From a virus (taxonomy: Duplodnaviria > Heunggongvirae > Uroviricota > Caudoviricetes): DNA of 51,533 nucleotides. The position numbers and the translations under genes were made by a program. This document shows positions 37,499 to 48,402 of this stretch, piece by piece. The stretch's first letter is position 1. Every line of letters begins with the position of its first letter. The stretch lies in IMG/VR virus record IMGVR_UViG_2711768018_000019, one strand, 5' to 3'. The notes under the pieces are model-generated. The model did no database searches. It was not told where the DNA came from and saw only the letters and a list, made by a program, of their open reading frames with translations.

Positions 37499-38173
37499 TT
37501 CCGCTGTGTGCCGCATCTCACCGGGCGGCGCTTTGAGCACGGGGCGACGGACTGTTACACGCTGTTCCGGGATGCTTATCATCTGGCTGGGATTGAGATG
37601 CCGGATTTTCATCGCGGGGATGACTGGTGGCGTAACGGTCAGAATCTCTATCTGGATAATCTGGAGGCCACAGGGCTGTATCAGGTGCGTATTGCCGGGC
37701 AGGATGTTAGCACGTCCGGATTAACGGCACAGTTACATGAGGCTCTGCCTGACGGCGCTGTGATTCATATTGTTCCCAGAGTCGCCGGGGCCAAGTCAGG
37801 TGGTGTATTCCAGATTGTCCTGGGAGCAGCCGCCATTGCCGGATCATTCTTTACCGCCGGAGCCACCCTTGCAGCATGGGGGGCTGCCATTGGTGCCGGT
37901 GGTATGACCGGCATTCTGTTTTCTCTCGGTGCCAGTATGGTGCTCGGCGGTGTGGCTCAGATGCTGGCACCGAAAGCCAGAACTCCCCGCACACAGACAA
38001 CGGATAACGGTAAGCAGAACACCTATTTCTCCTCACTGGATAACATGGTTGCCCAGGGCAATGTTATGCCTGTTCTGTATGGTGAAATGCGCGTGGGGTC
38101 ACGTGTGGTATCTCAGGAGATCAGCACGGCAGACGAAGGGGACGGTGGTCAGGTTGTGGTGATTGGTCGCTGA
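37499..38173 (+). CDS. In-frame K-I hybrid ORF (K segment joined to lambda-type gpI at a shared YQV codon stretch)
   Basis: ...LEATGLYQV|RIAGQDVSTSGLTAQLHEALPDGAVIHIVPRVAGAKSGG...: the K C-terminus and I N-terminus are missing relative to copy 1. The I part matches lambda gpI more closely than copy 1 does. Confidence 0.6.
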   Translation, partial: FRCVPHLTGRRFEHGATDCYTLFRDAYHLAGIEMPDFHRGDDWWRNGQNLYLDNLEATGLYQVRIAGQDVSTSGLTAQLHEALPDGAVIHIVPRVAGAKSGGVFQIVLGAAAIAGSFFTAGATLAAWGAAIGAGGMTGILFSLGASMVLGGVAQMLAPKARTPRTQTTDNGKQNTYFSSLDNMVAQGNVMPVLYGEMRVGSRVVSQEISTADEGDGGQVVVIGR

Positions 38174-38233
38174 TGCAAAATGTTTTATGTGAAATCGCCT
38201 CCGGGCGGTTTTATCGTTTATGGAGCATGACGA

Positions 38234-39593
38234 ATGGGTAAAGGCAGCAGTAAGGGGCATACCCCGCGCGAAGCGAAGGACAACCTGAAGTCCACGCAGC
38301 TGCTGAGTGTGATCGATGCCATCAGCGAAGGGCCGGTTGAAGGTCCGGTGGATGGATTAAAAAGCGTGCTGCTGAACAGTACGCCGGTGCTGGACAGTGA
38401 GGGGAATACCAACATCTCCGGCGTCACGGTGGTGTTCCGGGCAGGTGAGCAGGAGCAGTCACCGCCGGAGGGATTTGAATCCTCCGGCTCCGAGACGGTG
38501 CTGGGTACGGAAGTGAAATATGACACGCCGATCACCCGGACCATCACGTCGGCAAACATTGACCGACTGCGTTTTACCTTCGGTGTACAGGCACTGGTGG
38601 AAACCACCTCAAAGGGGGACAGGAATCCATCGGAAGTCCGCCTGCTGGTTCAGATACAGCGTAACGGTGGCTGGGTGACGGAAAAAGACATCACCATTAA
38701 GGGCAAAACCACCTCGCAGTATCTGGCCTCGGTGGTGGTGGATAACCTGCCGCCGCGCCCGTTTAATATCCGGATGCGCAGAATGACGCCGGACAGCACC
38801 ACAGACCAGCTGCAGAACAAAACGCTCTGGTCGTCATACACCGAAATCATCGATGTGAAACAGTGCTACCCGAACACGGCACTGGTCGGCGTACAGGTGG
38901 ATTCGGAGCAGTTCGGCAGCCAGCAGGTGAGCCGTAATTATCATCTTCGCGGGCGCATTCTGCAGGTGCCGTCGAACTATAATCCGCAGACGCGGCAATA
39001 CAGCGGTATCTGGGACGGAACGTTAAAACCGGCATACAGCAACAACATGGCCTGGTGTCTGTGGGATATGCTGACCCATCCGCGCTATGGCATGGGGAAA
39101 CGTCTTGGTGCGGCAGATGTGGATAAATGGGCGCTGTATGTCATCGGCCAGTACTGTGACCAGTCGGTGCCGGACGGCTTTGGCAGCACGGAGCCGCGCA
39201 TCACCTGTAATGCCTGGCTGACCACACAGCGCAAGGCGTGGGATGTGCTCAGTGATTTCTGCTCGGCGATGCGCTGTATGCCGGTATGGAACGGGCAGAC
39301 GCTGACGTTCGTGCAGGACCGACAGTCGGATAAGGTGTGGGCCTATAACCGCAGTAATGTGGTGATGCCGGATGATGGCGCGCCGTTCCGCTACAGTTTC
39401 AGCGCCCTGAAAGACCGCCATAATGCCGTTGAGGTGAACTGGATTGACCCGGATAACGGCTGGGAGACGGCGACAGAGCTTGTGGAGGATACGCAGGCCA
39501 TTGTCCGTTACGGTCGTAACGTCACGAAGATGGATGCCTTTGGCTGTACCAGCCGGGGGCAGGCACACCGCGCCGGGCTGTGGCTGATTAAAA
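38234..39593 (+). CDS. J: Tail protein J (copy 2), N-terminal part up to a gap
   Basis: Near-identical to copy-1 J and to lambda gpJ; interrupted by an N-run. Confidence 0.85.
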
Positions 39594-39915
39594 NNNNNNN
39601 NNNNNNNNNNNNNNNNNNNNNNNNNNNNNNNNNNNNNNNNNNNNNNNNNNNNNNNNNNNNNNNNNNNNNNNNNNNNNNNNNNNNNNNNNNNNNNNNNNNN
39701 NNNNNNNNNNNNNNNNNNNNNNNNNNNNNNNNNNNNNNNNNNNNNNNNNNNNNNNNNNNNNNNNNNNNNNNNNNNNNNNNNNNNNNNNNNNNNNNNNNNN
39801 NNNNNNNNNNNNNNNNNNNNNNNNNNNNNNNNNNNNNNNNNNNNNNNNNNNNNNNNNNNNNNNNNNNNNNNNNNNNNNNNNNNNNNNNNNNNNNNNNNNN
39901 NNNNNNNNNNNNNNN
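39594..39915. other. Assembly gap (322 N)
   Basis: Run of n characters. Confidence 1.
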
Positions 39916-39917
39916 CT

Positions 39918-40353
39918 GAATACAGCGTGTGGGGGCTGAAGCTGCCGACGCTGCACCAGCGATTGTTCCGCTGCGTGAGTATCCGTGAGAACGACGACGG
40001 CACGTATGCCATCACCGCCGTGCAGCATGTGCCGGAAAAAGAAGCCATCGTGGATAACGGGGCGCACTTTGACGGCGACCAGAGCGGCACGGTGAATGGT
40101 GTCACGCCGCCAGCGGTGCAGCACCTGACTGCCGAAGTCACCGCAGACAGCGGGGAATATCAGGTGCTGGCGCGCTGGGACACGCCGAAGGTGGTGAAGG
40201 GCGTGAGCTTCCTGCTCCGTCTGACCGTAACAGCGGATGACGGCAGTGAGCGGCTGGTCAGCACGGCCCGGACGACGGAAACCACTTACCGCTTCACACA
40301 ACTGGCGCTGGGGAACTACAGGCTGACAGTCCGGGCAGTAAATGCGTGGGGGC
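39918..40353 (+). CDS. J: Tail protein J (copy 2), middle fragment
   Basis: EYSVWGLKLPTLHQRLFRCVSIRENDDGTYAITAVQHVPEKEAIVDNGAHFDG... matches the lambda gpJ central region. Confidence 0.85.
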
Positions 40354-40396
40354 NNNNNNNNNNNNNNNNNNNNNNNNNNNNNNNNNNNNNNNNNNN
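40354..40396. other. Assembly gap (43 N)
   Basis: Run of n characters. Confidence 1.
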
Positions 40397-40398
40397 CC

Positions 40399-41673
40399 CC
40401 GGCAGCGCCGTCGCGGATTGAGCTGACGCCGGGCTATTTTCAGATAACCGCCACGCCGCATCTTGCGGTTTATGACCCGACGGTACAGTTTGAGTTCTGG
40501 TTCTCGGAAAAACGGATTGCGGATATCAGGCAGGTTGAAACCAGCGCGCGTTATCTTGGTACGGCACTGTACTGGATAGCCGCCAGTATCAATATCAAAC
40601 CGGGCCATGATTATTACTTTTATATCCGCAGTGTGAACACCGTCGGCAAATCAGCATTCGTGGAGGCTGTCGGTCGGGCGAGCGATGATGCGGAAGGTTA
40701 CCTGGATTTTTTCAAAGGCCAGATAACCGAATCCCATCTCGGCCAGGAGCTGCTGGAAAAAGTCGACCTGACGGAGGATAACGCCAGCAGACTGGAGGAG
40801 TTTTCGAAAGAGTGGAAGGACGCCAACGATAAGTGGAATGCCATGTGGGGCGTCAAAATTGAGCAGACCAAAGACGGCAAACATTATGTCGCGGGTATTG
40901 GCCTCAGCATGGAGGACACGGAGGAAGGCAAACTGAGCCAGTTTCTGGTTGCCGCTAACCGTATCGCGTTTATTGACCCGGCAAACGGGAATGAAACGCC
41001 GATGTTTGTGGCGCAGGGCAACCAGATATTCATGAATGACGTGTTCCTGAAACGCCTGACGGCTCCCACCATTACCAGCGGTGGAAATCCGCCGGCATTT
41101 TCCCTGACACCAGACGGAAAGCTGACCGCTAAAAATGCGGATATCAGCGGTAATGTGAATGCAAATTCAGGGACGCTCAACAATGTCACGATTAACCAGA
41201 ACTGTACGATTAAGGGCATGCTGGAGGCGACCCAGGTCAGAGGAGATTTCGTTAAAGCTGTATCAAAAGCCTTCCCGAAAAAAGTCGGTACGTGGGGTAA
41301 CACGGAAACACCAAACGGTACGGTTACAGTCACCATCAGCGATGATCATAACTTTGACCGCCAGATTATTATTCCGCCCATTATTTTTAACGGTATAGCG
41401 TATGACGATCCGGGGAGCGGAAATAACCCAGGAGGCACGCGATACACGGGTTATGGTTTTGAAGTTCGCAAAAACGGCGTATTAATCGCATCCAGAGAAA
41501 CTAAAGGGGCCATTCCCGGTAGTTACAGTGCAGTTATTGATATGCCGAGTGGCAGGGGAAGCGTCACTCTGGAGTTTAAGATTTTCCAGAAAGGCAATCA
41601 GGGGGCAGGCAATATCACCGACTGTACGGTGATTGTGACCAAAAAAGCCGCTTCCGGCATCAGTATTCGTTGA
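40399..41673 (+). CDS. J: Tail protein J (copy 2), C-terminal receptor-binding part
   Basis: [38 protein letters not shown] ... [10 protein letters not shown] matches the lambda gpJ C-terminus. Confidence 0.85.
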   Translation, partial: PAAPSRIELTPGYFQITATPHLAVYDPTVQFEFWFSEKRIADIRQVETSARYLGTALYWIAASINIKPGHDYYFYIRSVNTVGKSAFVEAVGRASDDAEGYLDFFKGQITESHLGQELLEKVDLTEDNASRLEEFSKEWKDANDKWNAMWGVKIEQTKDGKHYVAGIGLSMEDTEEGKLSQFLVAANRIAFIDPANGNETPMFVAQGNQIFMNDVFLKRLTAPTITSGGNPPAFSLTPDGKLTAKNADISGNVNANSGTLNNVTINQNCTIKGMLEATQVRGDFVKAVSKAFPKKVGTWGNTETPNGTVTVTISDDHNFDRQIIIPPIIFNGIAYDDPGSGNNPGGTRYTGYGFEVRKNGVLIASRETKGAIPGSYSAVIDMPSGRGSVTLEFKIFQKGNQGAGNITDCTVIVTKKAASGISIR

Positions 41674-41743
41674 AATATTTATAACCCCAATAAAGGGCGT
41701 CAGGAATGACGCCTTTTTTATTGCAGAAAAGCGAGAGGTAATT

Positions 41744-42343
41744 ATGCGTAAAGTTTGTGCAGCAATTTTGTCCGCAGCCATTTGTCTGGCCGTATCCGGT
41801 GCGCCTGCATGGGCGTCTGAACATCAGTCCACGCTGAGCGCGGGGTATCTTCATGCCCGGACGAACGTTCCCGGCAGTGATGATCTGAACGGGATTAACG
41901 TGAAATACCGTTATGAGTTTACGGACACACTGGGGCTGGTGACGTCGTTCAGCTATGCAGGAGACAAGAATCGCCAGCTGACCCGTTACAGCGATACCCG
42001 CTGGTATGAAGATTCCGTGCGTAACCGCTGGTTCAGCGTGATGGCGGGGCCGTCTGTGCGCGTGAATGAATGGTTCAGCGCGTATGCGATGGCGGGTGTG
42101 GCTTACAGCCGTGTGTCGACTTTTTCCGGGGATTATATCCGCGTAACTGACAATAAGGGGAAAACGCACGATGTGCTGACCGGAAGTGATGACGGTCGCC
42201 ACAGCAACACGTCTCTGGCGTGGGGAGCTGGCGTGCAGTTTAACCCGACCGAATCCGTGGCCATTGATATTGCTTATGAAGGCTCCGGCAGTGGCGACTG
42301 GCGCACTGACGGTTTCATCGTGGGTGTCGGTTATAAATTCTGA
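41744..42343 (+). CDS. lom: Lom outer-membrane protein (Ail/Lom family)
   Basis: Signal peptide plus beta-barrel; the C-terminus IDIAYEGSGSGDWRTDGFIVGVGYKF is identical to the lambda Lom C-terminus as I recall it. Confidence 0.85.
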   Translation: MRKVCAAILSAAICLAVSGAPAWASEHQSTLSAGYLHARTNVPGSDDLNGINVKYRYEFTDTLGLVTSFSYAGDKNRQLTRYSDTRWYEDSVRNRWFSVMAGPSVRVNEWFSAYAMAGVAYSRVSTFSGDYIRVTDNKGKTHDVLTGSDDGRHSNTSLAWGAGVQFNPTESVAIDIAYEGSGSGDWRTDGFIVGVGYKF

Positions 42344-42369
42344 TTAGCCAGGTAACACAGTATTATGAC

Positions 42370-42397
42370 AGCCCGCCGGTTCAGGCGGGCTTTTTTG
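42370..42397 (+). terminator. Rho-independent terminator after lom
   Basis: gcccgccggttcaggcgggc followed by tttttt. Confidence 0.6.
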
Positions 42398-42407
42398 TGG
42401 GGTGAAT

Positions 42408-45400
42408 ATGGCAGTAAAGATTTCAGGTGTACTGAAAGACGGCACAGGAAAACCGGTACAGAACTGCACAATCCAGCTGAAAGCAAAACGTAACAGCACC
42501 ACGGTGGTGGTGAACACGCTGGCCTCAGAAAATCCGGATGAAGCCGGGCGTTACAGCATGGACGTTGAGTACGGGCAGTACAGCGTTATTCTGTTGGTGG
42601 AGGGATTCCCGCCGTCACATGCCGGGACCATCACCGTGTATGAAGATTCCCGACCCGGTACGCTGAATGATTTTCTCGGTGCCATGACGGAGGATGATGC
42701 CCGTCCTGAGGCACTGCGCCGCTTTGAACTGATGGTGGAAGAGGTGGCGCGTAACGCGTCCGCGGTGGCACAGAACACGGCAGCCGCGAAGAAATCAGCC
42801 AGCGATGCCAGCACATCAGCCCGTGAGGCGGCAACCCGTGCGACTGATGCTGCAGGCTCAGCACGAGCAGCCAGCACGTCAGCCGGACAGGCCGCTTCGT
42901 CGGCTCAGTCTGCGTCTTCCAGCGCAGGAACGGCATCAGCAAAGGCCACTGAAGCATCAAAAAGTGCTGCCGCTGCAGAGTCCTCAAAAAGCGCGGCGGC
43001 CACCAGTGCCGGTGCGGCGAAAACGTCAGAAACGAATGCGGCAGCGTCACAACAATCAGCTGCCACTTCTGCATCCACCGCGACCACGAAAGCGTCAGAA
43101 GCAGCCACCTCAGCCAGAGATGCGTCGGCTTCAAAAGAGGCGGCAAAATTATCAGAAACGAGCGCAGCTTCGAGCGCCAGTAATGCCGCTTCCTCGGCAA
43201 CGGCGGCAGGAAATTCCGCGAAGGCGGCAAAGACGTCTGAGACAAACGCTAAGTCCTCTGAAACGGCAGCAGCACAGAGTGCCTCCGCAGCAGCAGGCTC
43301 AAAAACAGCGGCTGCGTCGTCTGCCAGTGCAGCGTCAACAAGTGCCGGGCAGGCCTCAGCCAGTGCTAGCGCCGCCGGAAAATCGGCAGAAAGCGCCGCA
43401 TCGTCCGCTTCAACAGCCACAACGAAGGCTGGCGAAGCCACTGAACAGGCCAGTGCAGCAGCGAGGTCTGCTTCCGCAGCGAAGACATCGGAGACGAACG
43501 CGAAAGCGTCGGAGACCAGCGCAGAATCCTCAAAAACGGCTGCCGCATCGTCCGCCAGTTCGGCGGCGTCATCGGCATCATCGGCGTCTGCTTCAAAAGA
43601 TGAGGCGACCAGACAAGCGTCCGCAGCGAAGGGCAGCGCCACGACAGCATCCACGAAGGCGACAGAGGCTGCTGGCAGTGCGACGGCGGCAGCACAGAGC
43701 AAAAGTACGGCGGAATCCGCGGCAACGCGCGCCGAGACAGCGGCAAAACGTGCAGAGGATATTGCATCCGCCGTGGCGCTTGAGGATGCGAGCACGACGA
43801 AAAAGGGGATAGTACAGCTCAGTAGTGCGACTAATAGCACGTCTGAAACGCTGGCGGCAACGCCAAAGGCAGTAAAAGCAGCCAATGACAATGCTGAGAA
43901 ACGTCTGCAGAAAGACCAGAACGGCGCTGATATACCCGATAAGGGACGCTTCCTGAACAACATTAACGCGGTCAGTAAAACAGACTTTGCTGATAAGCGT
44001 GGTATGCGTTATGTGCGGGTTAACGCTCCTGCAGGTGCAACATCTGGAAAATATTACCCTGTTGTTGTTATGCGTTCTGCTGGCTCAGTAAGCGAACTGG
44101 CATCAAGGGTCATTATCACCACGGCAACGCGAATCGCAGGCGATCCGATGAATAACTGCGAGTTTAACGGATTTGTTATGCCTGGTGGCTGGACTGACAG
44201 GGGGCGTTATGCTTATGGAATGTTCTGGCAATATCAAAACAATGAACGAGCCATCCACTCAATAATGATGAGTAATAAGGGCGATGATTTGCGCTCTGTG
44301 TTCTATGTTGATGGCGCTGCTTTCCCTGTTTTTGCGTTTCTCGAAGATGGCCTGTCAATATCCGCACCTGGTGCTGATCTCGTTGTTAATGATACGACCT
44401 ATAAGTTTGGGGCAACAAATCCGGCGACTGAATGTATCGCGGCGGACGTTATCCTTGATTTTAAGAGTGGGCGTGGTTTTTATGAGTCTCATTCGTTAAT
44501 CGTTAACGATAACTTGTCGTGCAAAAAACTTTTTGCCACAGACGAAATTGTAGCGCGTGGTGGTAATCAGATTCGAATGATAGGTGGGGAGTATGGTGCA
44601 TTATGGCGTAATGATGGCGCTAAAACTTACCTGCTGCTTACCAATCAAGGTGATGTTTATGGTGGCTGGAATACATTAAGACCGTTTGTTATTGATAACG
44701 CAACCGGCGAACTGGTTATTGGAACCAAACTGTCTGCAAGTCTGAACGGTAACGCATTGACAGCAACAAAGCTGCAAACGCCAAGACTGGTTTCTGGTGT
44801 TGAGTTTGATGGTTCCAAAGATATTACTTTAACCGCCGCGCATGTGGCTGCTTTTGCCAGAAGGGCAACGGATACATATGCCGATGCGGATGGTGGCGTT
44901 CCATGGAATGCCGAATCAGGCGCTTACAATGTCACCCGCTCTGGCAACAGCTATATTCTGGTTAACTTCTATACCGGAGTCGGAAGTTGCCGGACCTTGC
45001 AGATGAAGGCGCATTACAGAAATGGTGGTCTGTTCTACCGTTCTTCAAGAGACGGTTATGGTTTTGAGGAAGACTGGGCAGAAGTTTATACCTCGAAAAA
45101 TCTTCCACCAGAAAGCTACCCAGTCGGTGCACCAATCCCGTGGCCATCAGATACCGTTCCGTCTGGTTATGCCCTGATGCAGGGACAGACTTTTGACAAA
45201 TCTGCTTACCCGAAACTTGCAGCCGTTTATCCGTCAGGTGTGATCCCTGATATGCGTGGCTGGACGATTAAGGGCAAACCTGCCAGTGGTCGGGCCGTAT
45301 TGTCTCAGGAACAGGACGGCATTAAATCGCATACCCACAGCGCCAGCGCATCCAGTACGGATTTGGGGACGAAAACCACATCGTCGTTTGATTACGGCAC

Positions 45401-45806
45401 TAAATCCACGAATAACACTGGTGCGCATACCCATAGTTTAAGTGGCAGCACGAATGCAGCTGGTAATCACAGCCATAGAGATGGCCGTCGATTTAACCCC
45501 AGTGTTTTTAAAGATACTTATCAATATGGTTATACAAGCTCAGGTCAAAATACCTGGGGTGTACAAGGCTCAGTAGGTATGTCTACGGGGTGGTTAGCGA
45601 ATACCAGTACAGATGGTAATCATAGCCACTCACTGTCCGGCACAGCAGCATCTGCAGGTGCACACGCGCATACTGTCGGTATTGGTGCTCATACGCACTC
45701 CGTTGCGATTGGTTCACATGGACATACCATCACCGTTAACGCTGCGGGTAACGCGGAAAACACCGTCAAAAACATCGCATTTAACTATATTGTGAGGCTT
45801 GCATAA
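42408..45806 (+). CDS. stf: Side tail fibre protein Stf
   Basis: About 1130 aa. [79 protein letters not shown] matches K-12 StfR-type fibres as I recall them; long Ala/Ser/Thr repeat region; C-terminal His-rich repeats (GAHTHS, GNHSHS). Confidence 0.85.
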   Translation: MAVKISGVLKDGTGKPVQNCTIQLKAKRNSTTVVVNTLASENPDEAGRYSMDVEYGQYSVILLVEGFPPSHAGTITVYEDSRPGTLNDFLGAMTEDDARPEALRRFELMVEEVARNASAVAQNTAAAKKSASDASTSAREAATRATDAAGSARAASTSAGQAASSAQSASSSAGTASAKATEASKSAAAAESSKSAAATSAGAAKTSETNAAASQQSAATSASTATTKASEAATSARDASASKEAAKLSETSAASSASNAASSATAAGNSAKAAKTSETNAKSSETAAAQSASAAAGSKTAAASSASAASTSAGQASASASAAGKSAESAASSASTATTKAGEATEQASAAARSASAAKTSETNAKASETSAESSKTAAASSASSAASSASSASASKDEATRQASAAKGSATTASTKATEAAGSATAAAQSKSTAESAATRAETAAKRAEDIASAVALEDASTTKKGIVQLSSATNSTSETLAATPKAVKAANDNAEKRLQKDQNGADIPDKGRFLNNINAVSKTDFADKRGMRYVRVNAPAGATSGKYYPVVVMRSAGSVSELASRVIITTATRIAGDPMNNCEFNGFVMPGGWTDRGRYAYGMFWQYQNNERAIHSIMMSNKGDDLRSVFYVDGAAFPVFAFLEDGLSISAPGADLVVNDTTYKFGATNPATECIAADVILDFKSGRGFYESHSLIVNDNLSCKKLFATDEIVARGGNQIRMIGGEYGALWRNDGAKTYLLLTNQGDVYGGWNTLRPFVIDNATGELVIGTKLSASLNGNALTATKLQTPRLVSGVEFDGSKDITLTAAHVAAFARRATDTYADADGGVPWNAESGAYNVTRSGNSYILVNFYTGVGSCRTLQMKAHYRNGGLFYRSSRDGYGFEEDWAEVYTSKNLPPESYPVGAPIPWPSDTVPSGYALMQGQTFDKSAYPKLAAVYPSGVIPDMRGWTIKGKPASGRAVLSQEQDGIKSHTHSASASSTDLGTKTTSSFDYGTKSTNNTGAHTHSLSGSTNAAGNHSHRDGRRFNPSVFKDTYQYGYTSSGQNTWGVQGSVGMSTGWLANTSTDGNHSHSLSGTAASAGAHAHTVGIGAHTHSVAIGSHGHTITVNAAGNAENTVKNIAFNYIVRLA

Positions 45807-46390
45807 TGGCATTCAGAATGAGTGAACAACCACGGACCATAAAAATTTATAATCTGCTGACCGGAACTAATGAATTTATTGGTGAAGGTGACGCATATAT
45901 TCCGCCTCATACAGGTCTGCCAGCAAACAGTACCTATATTGCACCGCCAGATATTCCGGCTGGCTTTGTGGCTGTTTTCAACAGTGATGAGGCATCGTGG
46001 CATCTCGTTGAAGACCATCGGGGTAAAACGGTTTATGACGTAGCGTCAGGGGACGCGTTATTTATTTCTGAACTCGGTCCGTTACCGGAAAATGTTACCT
46101 GGTTATCCCCGGAAGGGGAGTTTCAGAAGTGGAACGGCACAGCCTGGGTGAAGGATACGGAAGCAGAAAAACTGTTCCGGATCCGGGAGGCGGAAGAAAC
46201 AAAAAACAGCCTGATGCAGGTAGCCAGTGAGCATATAGCGCCACTTCAGGATGCTGTAGATCTGGAGATCGCAACGGAGGAAGAAAACTCGTTGCTGGAA
46301 GCCTGGAAGAAGTATCGGGTGTTGCTGAACCGTGTTGATACATCAACTGCACCTGATATTGAGTGGCCTGCGGTCCCTGTTATGGAGTAA
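45806..46390 (+). CDS. tfa: Tail fibre assembly protein Tfa
   Basis: 194 aa directly after stf; the N-terminal [58 protein letters not shown] is characteristic of the Tfa family. Confidence 0.8.
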   Translation: MAFRMSEQPRTIKIYNLLTGTNEFIGEGDAYIPPHTGLPANSTYIAPPDIPAGFVAVFNSDEASWHLVEDHRGKTVYDVASGDALFISELGPLPENVTWLSPEGEFQKWNGTAWVKDTEAEKLFRIREAEETKNSLMQVASEHIAPLQDAVDLEIATEEENSLLEAWKKYRVLLNRVDTSTAPDIEWPAVPVME

Positions 46391-46502
46391 TCGTTTTGTG
46401 ATATGCCGCAGCAACTTGTCATGGCAGGATACTGCGGCTGATTTGTGAATTTAAATAGTGTGTTTATTGCTTTATATATAAAGGATTTAATGGATTACAT
46501 AT

Positions 46503-47873
46503 CTATGATATCCCTGAAATGTCCTCTTCAAGCTCTTTTACTGATTTCGCAATTTTAAATTTAAATTTTCTCTCTATTTCACTATTGCTAAGTTTTTTTT
46601 CATTCTCTTTCCCTATCCACATAGAAACAATTTCTCGTTTCTGAGATATATGTAGATTGTCAAAGTTAGGTATGTATTTAAAAGTCTCCGCTCTACCCCT
46701 GCGGAGTTCATAGAAAGTTTTAATCAAAGACTTTGGTTTTATTTCTGATGAAAGGCCGAATCGGCGGATAAGATTATTGATCGTATGATTAACAGCTCGA
46801 AGTTGAGCTGTTGACGTTATTTGTGAGAAGTACGATACCCATCCCAATCGTTTACCTTCAAACACACATCCCGTAATTCTAAGATTTAGTTTCCACTGAC
46901 AATATGCAACAGCTCGTTCTTTATCGCGCTTATTTTTAGCTTGTAGTAGAGCGTGTCTATATGCAGTAAAAATTTTTGCTAAGGATGACTCAAATCTAAG
47001 AATGCTCTCATGTTTTATCAATAATTCTCGATTTTTTATGTGGTAGCCCAAAAAGTTGAAACTTTCATCCAAGCTGCCTACTTTGGATTTTGAGTTCTCT
47101 TCATTTAATGGATGTGGGTTTAAATTTAATGATTGAAGCTTATCAATGATATGAGAAGCTATTTTTGTTGCTTGATATTTTGGTGTTAAAATAAGAATGT
47201 CATCAACGTATCGCATGTACCATATGTCATGCATTTTATTGATTTCATCATCGAAATTAGATAGTGATATTTCAGCTAAAATGTTTGATATCGCTAATCC
47301 CTGAGGTACTCCTCTGGTATTATTAGGGATACCTTTGCTTCCTGTGGTTCCACTTACAGTAGGCACGATTAATGATGATGTTATTAACTGTCTAATTTCT
47401 TTTTTTCTAATTTTATTTTTTATTGCATTAATTATCAATTTATGTTCAATTGAAGGATAGAAACTTTTAAGATCTATTTTTGCATATTCAGCATATAGAC
47501 TGTTGTTTAATGCTTCTTTCAATGAGTCAATTACTGTATGTGGTAGTTTTAATCTGGACTTAGGATATATTTCCGTAAGGCATTCACAGAGAGCTCTAAG
47601 AGTAATTCTGTCCCTAGCAGTTGGTATGGAAATCTGTCTGGGTGTAGAGTTAGCGCCTTTAGATATTAATTTTTCTTTATATGCTGTAAATTTGTAATTG
47701 CCAGAATTAACCTTTTCAAAAATGAAAGTGATCTCATTTTTTATTGTCAAATCAAGTTTTGATGGGCGAATCCGATCTATGCCAATCGCTCCTGATTCTT
47801 TGATTTTTTCAGAGTATACTTTTAGAAGATTTTTTTTCGAGAATGACTTTTTAAAAATTCTGCTTGCAGTCAT
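46503..47873 (-). CDS. Reverse transcriptase (defence-associated, retron/UG/Abi-like; unclassified)
   Basis: 456 aa from the ATG at 47873..47871. RT motifs: RQISIPTARDRI (motif 1), AKIDLKSFYPSI (motif 2), RGVPQGLAISNILAEI (QG motif), YMRYVDDILIL (YxDD active site), FLGYHI (thumb). AT-rich; start overlaps the upstream gene's 3' end. Confidence 0.8.
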   Translation of the reverse strand: MTASRIFKKSFSKKNLLKVYSEKIKESGAIGIDRIRPSKLDLTIKNEITFIFEKVNSGNYKFTAYKEKLISKGANSTPRQISIPTARDRITLRALCECLTEIYPKSRLKLPHTVIDSLKEALNNSLYAEYAKIDLKSFYPSIEHKLIINAIKNKIRKKEIRQLITSSLIVPTVSGTTGSKGIPNNTRGVPQGLAISNILAEISLSNFDDEINKMHDIWYMRYVDDILILTPKYQATKIASHIIDKLQSLNLNPHPLNEENSKSKVGSLDESFNFLGYHIKNRELLIKHESILRFESSLAKIFTAYRHALLQAKNKRDKERAVAYCQWKLNLRITGCVFEGKRLGWVSYFSQITSTAQLRAVNHTINNLIRRFGLSSEIKPKSLIKTFYELRRGRAETFKYIPNFDNLHISQKREIVSMWIGKENEKKLSNSEIERKFKFKIAKSVKELEEDISGIS

Positions 47874-48402
47874 AGTCAATCCAAAGATATATTAATGGGA
47901 GTATATAAAGTGCGGCAGTAATAAATATTCGAAGTAATATCCATAAAATAACAATTATTTTTTCTTTTTGTGTGGGGATCCTCGTCTTAAGTCCAACTTG
48001 AGTTACCCTTGAAATTTTATCATCTATGTCACGGTGATTCTCAACCTCATTGAGCAAATTAAAATATTTTTCTTTCTGTTCAAGAGATAACTGTTGACTG
48101 GTGGTAATGTCAAAATAGAGTCGCTGTAGTGCAATATAATTCCTTCTCATGGCTATTGCTCGACCACGAAAATCTAGGTTAGATACGATCAGAGAAATAC
48201 CCAGTAGAGCCACTGAAAGTATCGCCGCAACGACATCTGTATTATCTCCTAGAACCTTTGGAAATCGCAACGTTACAATTGAAAGTACCGCACTCAATAT
48301 AGCATACCAAACGAGGATAAATTGAGAGTGTTTTTCAAGCCATTCTAGTCGATGGTGCGCTTGGATACGTGCTTTATATGTAAACCAAATATTGTCATGC
48401 AT
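47851..48402 (-). CDS. Small multi-TM membrane protein (SLATT-like candidate effector) co-transcribed with the RT
   Basis: 183 aa, RBS aagga. Two adjacent TM helices (FILVWYAILSAVLSIVTL; VVAAILSVALLGISLIVS) and a third at the C-terminus (IIVILWILLRIFITAALYILPLIYLW). Its 3' end overlaps the RT start by about 23 nt. Confidence 0.6.
   Translation of the reverse strand: MHDNIWFTYKARIQAHHRLEWLEKHSQFILVWYAILSAVLSIVTLRFPKVLGDNTDVVAAILSVALLGISLIVSNLDFRGRAIAMRRNYIALQRLYFDITTSQQLSLEQKEKYFNLLNEVENHRDIDDKISRVTQVGLKTRIPTQKEKIIVILWILLRIFITAALYILPLIYLWIDYDCKQNF

Noticed and set aside
34011-40608. ORF-track entries containing runs of X
   Set aside because: They are translated across assembly gaps (N-runs) and are artefacts of gap-spanning translation. 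Only the flanking real sequence was annotated, as gene fragments.
42805-43963. Long ORFs in alternative frames within stf (42805-43812 plus strand, 335 aa; 42905-43963 minus strand, 352 aa)
   Set aside because: Both lie entirely within the GC-rich Ala/Ser repeat region of the tail-fibre gene. Their low-complexity Arg/Pro/Gln or Ala-rich translations are frame artefacts of the repeats and have no start signals.
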